Part shown: positions 48,772 through 59,420 of the stretch, piece after piece
Numbering within the stretch: position 1 is the first letter of the stretch
Layout of the letters: every line of letters starts with the position of its first letter
Position numbers and translations under genes: made by a program
Origin: an uncultured archaeon
Lineage (GTDB): Archaea; Asgardarchaeota; Lokiarchaeia; Sigyniarchaeales; SOKP01
NCBI GenBank assembly: GCA_964486045.1
Contig: CAZALK010000004.1
Coordinates: 160,001 to 224,000, forward strand
Reading direction: 5' to 3'
DNA length: 64,000 nt
The notes under the pieces: generated by a model
Seen by the model: the letters and a program-made list of their open reading frames with translations, nothing else
Database searches by the model: none
Told to the model about the DNA's origin: nothing

Positions 48772-49971
48772 ATGGTAGATATATCTTATATCAAAAATAT
48801 TGCAGTAATCGGTGCTGGAATACAAGGGCACGCGATTGCTCAAGTTGCTTTAATGGCTGGTTTTGAAAAAGTATTTTTAAACGATCTTACTATGGAAACA
48901 ATAGATAAAGGAGTATCTTTAATTAAAAATAATCCAAGACTGGGATTGAAAAAACTTGAATCTGATGGGTTATTAAAAGCAGGGGAGACAGCAGATCTTA
49001 TCCTAAAAAGGTTGATAAAAGAACCAGATCTTAAAAAAACGGTCGAACAAGCCGATTTTGTATTTGAAGCAGTACCAGAAGTAATGGAAATTAAGAAAGA
49101 GGTGTATCGAAAATTGGGTGAATATACCCCAAAAGCCACTGTTTTAGCTTCAAATACGTCTACCATGAGTCCTACAAAATTAGGTGAAGCGTCAGGTAAA
49201 CCAGAAAATGTTATAGGAATGCACTTTTTTGGACCAATAAGGAATGAATTAATCGAAATTACAAAAGGTGATAAAACTTCAAGTAAGACCATGGAAATAG
49301 GTATTGCTGTAGGTAATAAGTTACCATCTACGGGGGGAAAAAGGGTTATAATTCAACTCGAAAAAGAAACTCCCGGACACATCGCGAATAGAGTAGTTGT
49401 ATCAAGTTACATATATATTAATTGGATTTTCGATCAAGCACGAGAAAGAAATATACCTTTTGAACAACTTGATGCCGATTTTATGGAACTTACTCCTAGA
49501 GGTATTTGTGTTCTAGCTGATACTGTTGGATTAGATACACTTTATAATGTATTGAAATACTATTCAGAGACATTATCACCCGAATTCACCCCCGGTAAAG
49601 TTCTATCTAATCTAGTCGAAAATGGGGATTTTGGCGTAAAGACGGGGAAAGGCTTTTATGATTGGTCTAAGGGATCCCCTCCTAAAATCGATCCCTCAAA
49701 GAAAGCTGGATTTGTGGATGTTGAAGTTTTAATAGCTCACATGTTAAACGAAGGTTGTAGGCTTTTAGAACAAGGAATCGTTAAGGGATACAGAATTATA
49801 GATAAAGCAGTTTCTGTAGGATATCGAATGCCGGGTCCTTTCAGCTTGGGAAAAAGAAATTACAAGCACTTATCAAACAAGTTAGAAGAAATTTCAGAAG
49901 TTTCAGGTATAACCTATTTAAAACCTTGTTCTCTTATGAAATCTGGTGAATTTCTTAAAATGAGAAAATAA
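48772..49971 (+). CDS. 3-hydroxyacyl-CoA dehydrogenase
   Basis: GAGIQG, EAVPE, SNTST, GMHFF, GVKTGKGFY. Confidence 0.92.
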   Translation: MVDISYIKNIAVIGAGIQGHAIAQVALMAGFEKVFLNDLTMETIDKGVSLIKNNPRLGLKKLESDGLLKAGETADLILKRLIKEPDLKKTVEQADFVFEAVPEVMEIKKEVYRKLGEYTPKATVLASNTSTMSPTKLGEASGKPENVIGMHFFGPIRNELIEITKGDKTSSKTMEIGIAVGNKLPSTGGKRVIIQLEKETPGHIANRVVVSSYIYINWIFDQARERNIPFEQLDADFMELTPRGICVLADTVGLDTLYNVLKYYSETLSPEFTPGKVLSNLVENGDFGVKTGKGFYDWSKGSPPKIDPSKKAGFVDVEVLIAHMLNEGCRLLEQGIVKGYRIIDKAVSVGYRMPGPFSLGKRNYKHLSNKLEEISEVSGITYLKPCSLMKSGEFLKMRK

Positions 49972-50141
49972 AAGTCGTTTTTAAAATAACGCTCATCTTC
50001 TTTTTTTAGGTGGTTTTATACAAAGACAGAAACAATTATTTTCAAAACAAATTTTGAAATCACTTATTATTATAATAATAACTTTTTAATTCTGTTATAG
50101 ATAAAATATGATTAATAAATATCAACAAACCAAGTTAAAAT

Positions 50142-51170
50142 ATGAAAGAAATTACTTTTGAGAGCCAAGCGACTAAGATCGAGAATTTTTATAACGGTTT
50201 TGCGGCGACTCATTTGATTCACATAGGAGATAAATTAGGATTATTTGAAGTTTTAAATGATGCTAAAAAAGGGTTAACAACTTCAGAATTAGCTTCAGAA
50301 TTAGGTCTACACGAGCCTTATTTAAAAATTTGGTGTCAAACAGCTCTATTTTTAGGGATCTTAGATTATGACGAAGGGGGAAGATTTAAATTCCAACCAT
50401 ACATGAATGAGATCTTAGGTAATAAATCCAATTTCAGAAATATTTTAGGAAGATTTAATTCAGCTGTTAATATCCATGGAGAAAGACTTAAAGAAAGTAT
50501 TATACTTTATAAAACTGGAAAAATCTTAGAAGGATATAGCCCGCAGCATTCAGAAATGGTAGCAAAAGCAACAAAACCTTTTCACACTTATTTAAATGTC
50601 TACTTCAAACAGTTACCTAGTACAAATCCTCTCAAACAAATGTTGGAAAAAGGTGTTAATTTTCTTGATATTGGTTGTGGAAATGGAAGGCTCATTATGC
50701 AGTTGGCAATGTTATTTACAAATAGCCGTTTTACAGGTGTAGATCCTAGTCTATATGGGATTAATAGTGCTACAAAAAATATTGAACAATTAGGATTAAA
50801 AGATCGTGTTTTTGTAAAGAATCTTGGTGGTGAAGAGCTCCAATATAAAGAAGAGTTTGAAATTGCATGTATGACAGTAGTCTTTCACGAAATTAATCCC
50901 ACTATTCGTTTTAAAGCATTGGAGAACATTTACAAAGCATTGAAAAAAGGAGGACGCCTTATTATTTTTGATTTTTCTTACCCAGAGCATATTGATGATT
51001 TCAAAAACCCAAATTACGGTTCAGCAATAATTCATCAATTTAACGAAACATCCTTAGGAGTTGTATTCCTTAACCCTACTGAACAAACCGAAATGTTTAC
51101 AAAAATCGGATTTAAAGATATCCAACGGATGTCATTAAAAGCAATTGAAATAATTACCACCATGAAATAA
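50142..51170 (+). CDS. Winged-helix plus class I SAM methyltransferase
   Basis: N-terminal LGLFE..TTSELA dimerisation/wH region; LDIGCGNG, VFHE, LKKGG. Confidence 0.85.
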   Translation: MKEITFESQATKIENFYNGFAATHLIHIGDKLGLFEVLNDAKKGLTTSELASELGLHEPYLKIWCQTALFLGILDYDEGGRFKFQPYMNEILGNKSNFRNILGRFNSAVNIHGERLKESIILYKTGKILEGYSPQHSEMVAKATKPFHTYLNVYFKQLPSTNPLKQMLEKGVNFLDIGCGNGRLIMQLAMLFTNSRFTGVDPSLYGINSATKNIEQLGLKDRVFVKNLGGEELQYKEEFEIACMTVVFHEINPTIRFKALENIYKALKKGGRLIIFDFSYPEHIDDFKNPNYGSAIIHQFNETSLGVVFLNPTEQTEMFTKIGFKDIQRMSLKAIEIITTMK

Positions 51171-51240
51171 ATATATTCAGTGAATTCTATCCATATTTTC
51201 ACCATTTTCTCCCGTGATACAGCGAAAACAAAAATCCCAT

Positions 51241-51410
51241 TTAGGTTTTTTCCAAGGTTATAACTACATTTCCCTTTTTATGCCCTTTATCAACATAGCT
51301 ATGAGCCTCGACCATTTGTTCCAAAGGATAGCGTCTATCTATGACCGATTTTAGCTTCCCTGCCTCAATCAGTTCTCTGAGGAAGATCAAATCTTCTTCC
51401 TTTTCTGTTG
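51241..51410 (-). pseudogene. 3' relic of an MDR-family (quinone reductase/alcohol dehydrogenase) gene
   Basis: [46 protein letters not shown] is a typical MDR C-terminus; the rest is absent. Confidence 0.8.
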
Positions 51411-51567
51411 CTGCGCCACCTTTATATTCAAAAAATCCAAATCTTCGCTTTTCATTTACTAAATTTATCAATATTCATAGAAAAAATCATAAATAATCAA
51501 ATTTTAAACAATATAAGGAAATAAGGAGACATTTTGTTGTTATATTGTCGGAGAATTGATAATAAAA

Positions 51568-53154
51568 ATGAGTGATTCAGTATTTAAAATTGTTGATTTA
51601 TTTTATAATCCAAAATCAATAGCAGTGATTGGTGCTTCAAAGGTTCCCATGAAAGGAGGAAACCGGATAGTTAACAATCTACACTCAAATGGCTACAAAG
51701 GTCAGATTTATCCTGTTAACCCCAACTATAGCATAGAAGATGAAATATATGGTTTCAAATTCGTAAAATCTGTTTTAGATATTGAAGGGGAGGTAGATCT
51801 TGCCATTTTTTATGTAAACAATCGAATCGTAACTAATATTCTAAAAGATTGTGTCAAGAAAGGAATAAAAGCAGCTATAATACAAAGTGCTGGTTTTGAG
51901 GAAGTGGGGGTAGAAGGGTTAAAACTAAGGGATGAAATTGCAGTTATAACAGAAAATTTCTCCAAACTACGTATTATTGGTCCTAACTGTATGGGAATCA
52001 GTCGGTTCGATGGGGATTATGATGATAAAAAAGGGGGTTTCTTTACTGGACAATTTGCTCTTACAAATTATAAAAAAGGTAACGTTGCGATCATCACTCA
52101 GAGTGGTTTCTTGAATGGTGGAATAGCACCACTAATTTTTCGACAGTACCCAAATCTTGGATTTAGGTACATTGTTTCAATTGGAAATAAGATGGACTTA
52201 GGAGAAAATGAATTTTTAGAGTATATATTAGAAGATGAATCTGTGAATGTTATTGCAATATATTTAGAGTCATTTAAAAACCCTAGAAAATTCATCTCTT
52301 TATGTAGAAAAGCAAAACAATTACCTAAAAAGACTATTATTCTTGTAAAAGGTGGAAAAACAAGCCAAGGGATGAAAGCAGCTTCTAGTCACACAGGTGC
52401 TTTAGTTGAAGATGAAAGATTAATTGATGCTATCATTAAACAAGCAGGAATTATTCAAGCAAATAACTTTTTTGAAATGTTCCAATTTCTAAGAACGTTT
52501 TCTATGATGTATAAATCAGGAAAGAAATTCCCTATAAAAGGAAATATCGCTCTTGTTGTTGGGAGTGGAGGTATGGGAACTGTAATGGGAGATATTGCTA
52601 TGAAATACGGTTTAAAGTTCCCTGAGTTTGGTGAGAATAGTTATAACATTCTTAAAAGTGTATTCCCTGATTGGATGCCTCCAAATCGATTTGCTCTCGT
52701 TGATGTTTGGCCTACCATGGAAAAAGCAATGATGGATGCAGCCAAAAAAGCCAAGAGTACTGTTAATAAGTCAACTAAAAAACCTATCAAGAATAATAAT
52801 GAAAAAAATCCAATTCATGTTATGGGTTCTTTTGGAAATGTTATGCAAGTGATTCAAAGAGCCGTTTTAGAAGAACCTAAAATTGAAGGTTTGTTTACAT
52901 CCATGCCAGGTGGTCCAAGAGGACGTGGAGGGACAATGGACTTTATGAAACTGATGCTGGAACGCATAGCAAAATACCCAAAGCCCGTTTTCTTTTATTC
53001 AATGATGGAAAGTGAGGAATCTTTAGAAATGTTAAGGTTATATGGCAAGTATAATATTCCTTTATTTACCAGAACAGAAGACATTGCCAAAAATTTTGCA
53101 GCTTTGGTTCAAGAAACAAAGAATAAAGAAAGATTTTCAAAATTTGGTTTTTAA
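51568..53154 (+). CDS. Acyl-CoA synthetase (NDP-forming) alpha-subunit-like CoA-binding protein
   Basis: PKSIAVIGAS, IIGPNCMG, QSG, SIGNKMD, AASSHTG phospho-His motif. Confidence 0.88.
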   Translation: MSDSVFKIVDLFYNPKSIAVIGASKVPMKGGNRIVNNLHSNGYKGQIYPVNPNYSIEDEIYGFKFVKSVLDIEGEVDLAIFYVNNRIVTNILKDCVKKGIKAAIIQSAGFEEVGVEGLKLRDEIAVITENFSKLRIIGPNCMGISRFDGDYDDKKGGFFTGQFALTNYKKGNVAIITQSGFLNGGIAPLIFRQYPNLGFRYIVSIGNKMDLGENEFLEYILEDESVNVIAIYLESFKNPRKFISLCRKAKQLPKKTIILVKGGKTSQGMKAASSHTGALVEDERLIDAIIKQAGIIQANNFFEMFQFLRTFSMMYKSGKKFPIKGNIALVVGSGGMGTVMGDIAMKYGLKFPEFGENSYNILKSVFPDWMPPNRFALVDVWPTMEKAMMDAAKKAKSTVNKSTKKPIKNNNEKNPIHVMGSFGNVMQVIQRAVLEEPKIEGLFTSMPGGPRGRGGTMDFMKLMLERIAKYPKPVFFYSMMESEESLEMLRLYGKYNIPLFTRTEDIAKNFAALVQETKNKERFSKFGF

Positions 53155-53359
53155 AAGGAATTTTCATGATTTTGGGCGAAGAATCTATGTGAATGGTATT
53201 GAAATTGAAGTAGGACCAGAAATTGAAAAAAACAAACTTAGAGAAGCAATTAAAAATGTATAAATAGGAAGCCTACTTCATCATCTATCTAATTAATAGT
53301 TTAGTATGAGAAACTCAGATATTATCATGTTTATATAGGATAAAATCGTATACTATAAT

Positions 53360-53857
53360 ATGGTAATATCCAATTCAAGTCCATTAATACATTTAACTAG
53401 ATTAGGAAAAATCCAGTATTTATTTAAATTGGCGAGAAATATCAACATCCCCAAAGCTGTATTTGATGAGGTCGTGACACAAGGAAAATTGAAGAATTAC
53501 ACAGAAGCATTTATTATTGAAAGTTTTATAAAAAAAGAAAAAATTACGGTAATTAATTTAGATCCCTTTGATGAATCATTTTATCCTCCACTAGGGAGAG
53601 GCGAAATAGAGGTTCTAGAACTAGCAAAACAGAAAAATGAATTATTAATAATTGATGAAAAGAAAGCTAGAAATATGGCTCAAATCCTTCAAATTAAACA
53701 TCAAACAACTATTGCAACAATTTTTGAATTATTAATATCAAAAAATATAGATTTTTTGGATTATAAAACTAATTTGAAGATGTATGCGGAAAGTAGCTGG
53801 ATTTCAGCAGATGTTATCCAAGAATATATTGAAAAAGGTGAGAATTATGGGGGATAA
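53360..53857 (+). CDS. DUF3368-type PIN-domain protein
   Basis: VISNSSPLI, IPKAVFDE, LGRGE, IIDEKKAR. Confidence 0.85.
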   Translation: MVISNSSPLIHLTRLGKIQYLFKLARNINIPKAVFDEVVTQGKLKNYTEAFIIESFIKKEKITVINLDPFDESFYPPLGRGEIEVLELAKQKNELLIIDEKKARNMAQILQIKHQTTIATIFELLISKNIDFLDYKTNLKMYAESSWISADVIQEYIEKGENYGG

Positions 53858-54164
53858 AATATCTATTATTCTACCAGATGATTTAAAGAAAGAAATTGAC
53901 AAGTTAAAGGAATTACATAAGGAAGATCAATCCTCGTATATAAGAAAGCTCCTATGGAAAAGTATTGCGCAAGAAAAATTAACTTATGCTCTAAACCAAT
54001 ACCTCGATGATAAGATATCTCTGGGAAAATCTTCCGAAATGGCAGGGATTTCCATTTGGGAAATGCTCGATGAATTACATAAAAAGGATAATACATTAAA
54101 ATACAAAATTTCAGAAGCAGAATTAGAAATTGAAAAGATATTAAAAAAATATATGAAAATTTAA
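53847..54164 (+). CDS. UPF0175-family antitoxin with RHH
   Basis: Start at MGDK (53847); DQSSYIRKLL; ISLGKSSEMAGISIWE. Confidence 0.85.
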   Translation: MGDKISIILPDDLKKEIDKLKELHKEDQSSYIRKLLWKSIAQEKLTYALNQYLDDKISLGKSSEMAGISIWEMLDELHKKDNTLKYKISEAELEIEKILKKYMKI

Positions 54165-54415
54165 GATTAATTTTTGAATTATCTTTTTTTCTTGATGAGT
54201 ACAGCTGCTATCGATATCATAGGAACTATTTATGTATTCTTGCTTATCATAATTTCAAAAGAATTTTCATTGAAATCAGACGATGAATTCACCTTTCCAA
54301 CCCAATTACAAGGGAAATTGAGACAAAATTTAAAAAAGCTCGAACTTTACAATGCAGAAAGAATTTTAAAAATCAACAAGATTATTTAAAATAATATTTA
54401 GGGAGATTTTAGAAA

Positions 54416-54835
54416 ATGAATAAAAATACTAAAAAAACTTCAATCGGGGAAGCATTTGCATCGCAGTATGATAAAATTTGGGAAATACTGATGGAAGCCA
54501 TTGATAATGCTTCGGATGATTTATGGAAATACTTCAAAAACACATGGCGTTATGCGTAGAACGTATTTCACGTGGTAGAGGTAATCTTTTATTTTACTCT
54601 TGACGATCCCGAAGGGATGAATTGGGGTGAACGTGCAAATATAAACTGGGAGAAAGATAATGAAATCAAATCTTTAGAAAAAATGACAAAAATAACAAAG
54701 GAATTAGTTAGAGAGTTTATTGATGAGATTAGAGATAGTTGGTACAAAAAAATAAAAGAAAAGTCCGACGAACATTTTTTGTCTAAGGATGATTTCGGTA
54801 CCTTTACATCGAATTTAGAACGATTTACTAAGTAA
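54416..54835 (+). pseudogene. DinB-like protein with in-frame TAG at 54557-54559 and probable 3' truncation
   Basis: ATG 54416 gives ..WEILMEAIDNASDDLW..WRYA*NVFHVVE.., in frame with ORF 54572; terminal HxxxH helix absent. Confidence 0.6.
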
Positions 54836-54869
54836 TGATTATTTAGTAAAAATATCTAAACTAAAAGAA

Positions 54870-56114
54870 TCAAATTGCTTCTAAAATATGTACACACATG
54901 GCTGCGGGTCCTGAACCAATGGTACCGCCACCATTTTCAGCTAATGCAAATTTTGGGTCATTAGTTTGTCTTTTTCCAGCGTCTCCACGTAATTGTGTCA
55001 CAAGCTCATAGATTTGTGCTAAACCAGAAGCACCTAGAGGGTGTCCACGTGATAATAAACCACCGCTAGGGTTTACAGCGACCTTTCCTCCAATCTCTGT
55101 TTCCCCGCTCTCAGTAAATTCCCCTCCTTTTCCTAATCCGCAAAATCCCATCTGTTCAATTTGTTCGAGTTCTCCATAAGCTGTAGCATCGTGTACTTCA
55201 GCAACGTTTATATCATTAGGGCTAAGACCTGCCATTTTATAAGCCGCTGTAGAAGTTCGCTCAGAAACATTATCTTTTTGCCAAGAACCAGATCTTAGAA
55301 TTGAAGCTCGAATTAACACAGCTTTATCGTTGGGATGCTCTTTTAAGAACTTTTCAGAACAGAGTATTGCTGCCGCCGATCCATCTCCTACTGGGGCACA
55401 CATTGCTCTAGTTAATGGAAAAGCTACTTCATAATCATCCATTACCTGATCCACTGTCATGGGAAAAGTATATTGAGCAAGTGGATTCATTGTAGAATTG
55501 TTATGGTTCTTTGCTGCGATTGCGGCAAGTTGTCGTTGAGTAGACCCGTATTCTTTCATATGGGCTCGGGCTCCTGCTGCATAGAAATCCATGAAGACAG
55601 AATGACCTCCCTTTCCTTTCTTTTTTCCACCGTCTTTTTGACTAGCAGCTTTTTCTGCTCTAAGTTTTGCTGCTTTTTGCATTTGTTCCATCATGGCTTT
55701 AGTTCTTTCAACATCTGTATAAGTAATAAATCCTCTCATCATTTTAGCTCGATCTTCTTGATATACTTTTTCAGTGCCGATAGCTAAGGCGCAGTCAAAT
55801 ACTCCTGCTTTTATGCCCATCCATGCTCCATTAAATGCTGTACTCCCACTGGCGCAGGCATTTTCTACATTTGTAATTGGAACTTTATCAACACCATTCG
55901 GAGTAAGTGCTACTTGACCACGAATGCTATGTTGAAAATCTGTCATACCCCAACCTGTATTAGAGAACCAAGCAGCCTCAATATGGCTCAAATCAAAATT
56001 GTTATCACTTTTTATAGATTTAAGCGCTTCCGCAGTCAAATCTTTAATACCCCTATCAAGAAATTTACCAAACTTAGTCATTCCTACACTATACACATAA
56101 ATCTTATCACTCAT
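54870..56114 (-). CDS. Thiolase family protein (SCP2-thiolase-like)
   Basis: NVENACASGS, EVHDA, NPSGG..SRGHPLGASG; probable start MSDK. Confidence 0.9.
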   Translation of the reverse strand: MSDKIYVYSVGMTKFGKFLDRGIKDLTAEALKSIKSDNNFDLSHIEAAWFSNTGWGMTDFQHSIRGQVALTPNGVDKVPITNVENACASGSTAFNGAWMGIKAGVFDCALAIGTEKVYQEDRAKMMRGFITYTDVERTKAMMEQMQKAAKLRAEKAASQKDGGKKKGKGGHSVFMDFYAAGARAHMKEYGSTQRQLAAIAAKNHNNSTMNPLAQYTFPMTVDQVMDDYEVAFPLTRAMCAPVGDGSAAAILCSEKFLKEHPNDKAVLIRASILRSGSWQKDNVSERTSTAAYKMAGLSPNDINVAEVHDATAYGELEQIEQMGFCGLGKGGEFTESGETEIGGKVAVNPSGGLLSRGHPLGASGLAQIYELVTQLRGDAGKRQTNDPKFALAENGGGTIGSGPAAMCVHILEAI

Positions 56115-56288
56115 CGGTATCAACTCTTAAAAATTAATGCTACAAAATTATAATACAATATAATTGATAATTATTTCCAATATTGTTATTGGCAGTGCAA
56201 AATAAAATATTAATATTAGTTTTCCTTCTTTTTTAGTTATATACTTTTTTAGATAATTAAATAATCTTACAAAATCAATTGGTATATT

Positions 56289-57797
56289 ATGAACGAAACT
56301 CAAACTGCTTACGAGGAAATAGAAAATATCGTAGGAACAAAATATGTCAGCGATTCAGAGCCAATACGTTATTCTTATTCAATGAATTGTGATTTCACGT
56401 TACAAGGCATCCCAGACATGGTTGTGAAGCCAAAAACTCCCGAGGAAGTTTCTGAAATCTTAAAAGTAGCAAATAAATACGGCACAACAGTTATTCCTAG
56501 AGGTAATGGTGCGGATTTAACTGGAGGTTCTAAGCCTATTGGAGATGGGGGCATCGTACTTGACGTTACGCTAATGAATAAAATATTAGATGTCGATGAG
56601 AAAAACCGTGTCGTTACTGTAGAAGTTGGAATTTCGTGGAGTGAATTGTGTGAGCAGTTAAGCAATGTGGGAATTGGATATTATACGGGATCTACTGGTC
56701 CGGCCTCTGGATTTTCAGCTACTATTGGTGGTGGTCTTTCTAACAATTCGGTTGGAGGAGGAGGTGCTGCCATGTATGGAGCTGTAACAGAGCAGTGTGT
56801 TGGATTGGAAGTCGTGTTGCCTACAGGAGAGATAATCAATACTGGAGCAAAAGCTAATTCCTTTCGAGACAAAGCTTTTACTAGATTTGGACTAGGCGCA
56901 GACTACTCTGGTTTATTTTTAGGTGATGTTGGTATTCATGGTGTAAAAACAAAAGCTTCTTTTAATATATATCCACTTCCAGAATATAGAGGATATGCGA
57001 CATATGTTGTTAGAAAAACTGGTGAGAAGACTCCAGTAGAGCGAGTGACAGAATTAATGACTAAATGGCAACATCAAAGATTACCACTACATGATTTCTT
57101 TTATCTTACCCCAAATAATGTGAAAAGTAAAATAACCCGAAAGATAGCAAAGGGTTTGTTGAATAAAAATATCGAGGGAGGAATTCTATATTATACTACT
57201 GTAGCAGATAGCCAAAGACAATTAGATTATAATATTGAAAGAATAGAAAAGCTTGCTGATGAAGCTGGACTTGAAAAATTAGGCCCTACCGTTGAAGAAG
57301 GTAACATAGGAAAGTGGTTTTATGAAGAAGATGGAAAATGGCAATGGGCTAATGGTGGTTGGGGAGGGGGATTTGTATTCAGTTTGAGTGCTTGCTTAAA
57401 AGCTCCTACAAATCTTTTACCTGAGTATCGCAAAATGTATGATGAATGGTCAAGAAAGAATTTTTCAAAAATGGCTGAAATTGGACCCGGTGGAGGTGCT
57501 GGTTTTATTGCGTTTGGTGTTTATCCATCTTACCTTGATGTTGCGGGTGGTGTAGGTCTCATAAGTACTATAGAACACAGAGAAAAACAGGAGGAAATAT
57601 GGAAGGATCTCTTAACTACTCAAATAAAAACATTGGGAGGTGTGCACTACTGGATGGGAGAAATTATTGGAAGAGCATTAGTTGATTCAGGGGCATTGAC
57701 GGAAGAATATTATAATTTCATGATTACAATAAAGAAGGCTCTTGATCCTAACAAAATTTTAAGCCCTGGTAAATTTTATCTCACCGATAATTATTAG
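56289..57797 (+). CDS. FAD-binding oxidoreductase, paralog D
   Basis: PRGNGADLTGG, ATIGG, GLEVVLPTG, HYWMGE, LDPNKILSPGK. Confidence 0.88.
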   Translation: MNETQTAYEEIENIVGTKYVSDSEPIRYSYSMNCDFTLQGIPDMVVKPKTPEEVSEILKVANKYGTTVIPRGNGADLTGGSKPIGDGGIVLDVTLMNKILDVDEKNRVVTVEVGISWSELCEQLSNVGIGYYTGSTGPASGFSATIGGGLSNNSVGGGGAAMYGAVTEQCVGLEVVLPTGEIINTGAKANSFRDKAFTRFGLGADYSGLFLGDVGIHGVKTKASFNIYPLPEYRGYATYVVRKTGEKTPVERVTELMTKWQHQRLPLHDFFYLTPNNVKSKITRKIAKGLLNKNIEGGILYYTTVADSQRQLDYNIERIEKLADEAGLEKLGPTVEEGNIGKWFYEEDGKWQWANGGWGGGFVFSLSACLKAPTNLLPEYRKMYDEWSRKNFSKMAEIGPGGGAGFIAFGVYPSYLDVAGGVGLISTIEHREKQEEIWKDLLTTQIKTLGGVHYWMGEIIGRALVDSGALTEEYYNFMITIKKALDPNKILSPGKFYLTDNY

Positions 57798-57887
57798 TTT
57801 AAACTTTATTTTAACTAGATTTTCTTCTTTTTATGTTATTGAATTTTTTAATTAATTTTATAATGTTTCAAAATCTATAAATGAATT

Positions 57888-59408
57888 ATGAACGAAACTC
57901 AATCTCAAACTCAAAACGCCTATGAAGAAATAGAAAATATCGTAGGAACCAAATATATCAGCGATTCAGAGCCAATACGTTATTCCTATTCAATGAATTG
58001 TGATTTCACGTTACAAGGCATCCCAGATATGGTTGTGAAGCCAAAGACTCCCGAGGAAGTTTCTGAAATCCTAAAAGTTGCAAACAAATACGGCGTTAAA
58101 GTTGTTCCTAGAGGTAATGGAGCAGACTTAACCGGAGGTGCTAAGCCTATTGGAGATGGTGGATTAGTCTTAGATGTTACTTTGATGAATAAAATATTAG
58201 ATGTTGATGAGAAAAACCGTGTCGTTACAGTGGAAGTAGGAATTTCGTGGAGTGAATTGTGTGAGAAGTTAAGTAATGTAGGAATAGGATTTTATACCGG
58301 ATCTACAGGTCCAGCATCTGGATTCTCTGCTACTATTGGTGGTGGTCTTTCTAACAATACAGTTGGAGGGGGTGGTGCCGCTATGTATGGAGCTGTAACA
58401 GAACAGTGTGTCGGATTGGAAGTTGTTTTGCCTACAGGAGAGATAATCAATACTGGAGCAAAAGCTAACTCGTTTCGTGACAAACCGTTTACTAGATTTG
58501 GGTTGGGAGCAGATTATTCCGGTTTATTTTTAGGGGATGTGGGAATTCATGGCGTAAAAACTAAAGCTTCACTTAATATTTATCCGATTCCAGAATATAG
58601 AGGATATGCAACTTATGTGGTCAAAAAAACGAAGGAGATGACTCCAGCAGAGCGTGCATCAGATTTAATGGTAAAATGGCAACATCAAAGATTGCCATTA
58701 CATGATTTCTTCTATTATACACCATCTACTGTGAGTAGTTTAACATCACGAAAGATTGCAAAGGGTTTAGCTGATAATAAAGTTAGGGGAGCAATTTTGT
58801 ACTATACAACTGTGGCTGATACTCAAAAACAATTAGATTATAATGTAGAGAGAATAGAAAAGCTTGCTGATGAAGCTGGACTTGAAAAATTAGGACCTAC
58901 TGTTGAAGAAGGTAACGTAGGGAAGTGGTTTTATGAAGAAGATGGAAAGTGGCAATGGGGTAATTCTATGTTTGGCGGAGGAAATTTTTTTGGAATGAGT
59001 GGTTGCTTGAAAAGTCCCACGGGACTATTACCTGAGTATGATAAGATGGTTACTAATTGGGTAAAAAGGAATTTGCCAAAAATGACGGAAATTGGAGCTG
59101 GCGGTGGTGCCGATTTTGTTGCGTTTGGAGTTTATCCTTCTTATATCGATGTAGCCGGTGGTGCTGCTGTCTTTAGCTCAATTGATAATAGAGAAGGTCA
59201 AATAGAATTATGGAAAGATTACTTAATCACTCAAATAAAAACTTTAGGAGGAATTCACTACTGGATGGGTGAAATTATTGGAAGAGCTTTAGTTGATTCG
59301 GGGGCATTGACGGAAGAATATTACAATTTCATGATTACAATAAAGAAGGCTCTTGATCCTAATAAAATACTTAGTCCGGGAAAATTCTACCTGACTGATA
59401 ATTATTAA
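57888..59408 (+). CDS. FAD-binding oxidoreductase, paralog E (tandem duplicate of D)
   Basis: Near-identical N- and C-termini to 56289..57797. Confidence 0.88.
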   Translation: MNETQSQTQNAYEEIENIVGTKYISDSEPIRYSYSMNCDFTLQGIPDMVVKPKTPEEVSEILKVANKYGVKVVPRGNGADLTGGAKPIGDGGLVLDVTLMNKILDVDEKNRVVTVEVGISWSELCEKLSNVGIGFYTGSTGPASGFSATIGGGLSNNTVGGGGAAMYGAVTEQCVGLEVVLPTGEIINTGAKANSFRDKPFTRFGLGADYSGLFLGDVGIHGVKTKASLNIYPIPEYRGYATYVVKKTKEMTPAERASDLMVKWQHQRLPLHDFFYYTPSTVSSLTSRKIAKGLADNKVRGAILYYTTVADTQKQLDYNVERIEKLADEAGLEKLGPTVEEGNVGKWFYEEDGKWQWGNSMFGGGNFFGMSGCLKSPTGLLPEYDKMVTNWVKRNLPKMTEIGAGGGADFVAFGVYPSYIDVAGGAAVFSSIDNREGQIELWKDYLITQIKTLGGIHYWMGEIIGRALVDSGALTEEYYNFMITIKKALDPNKILSPGKFYLTDNY

Positions 59409-59420
59409 AAGGTGATAATT

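Noticed and set aside
53042-53263. 73-aa ORF overlapping the acyl-CoA synthetase end
   Set aside because: Large out-of-frame overlap; the last 30 codons may be another gene relic but could not be assigned
54174-54389. 71-aa ORF
   Set aside because: TTG start, no motif, and it sits among relics; cannot be supported
31792-59408. Calling the FAD oxidoreductases alkyl-DHAP synthase or glcD
   Set aside because: Neither the HHHG nor the GEHG signature is present, so no gene symbol was assigned
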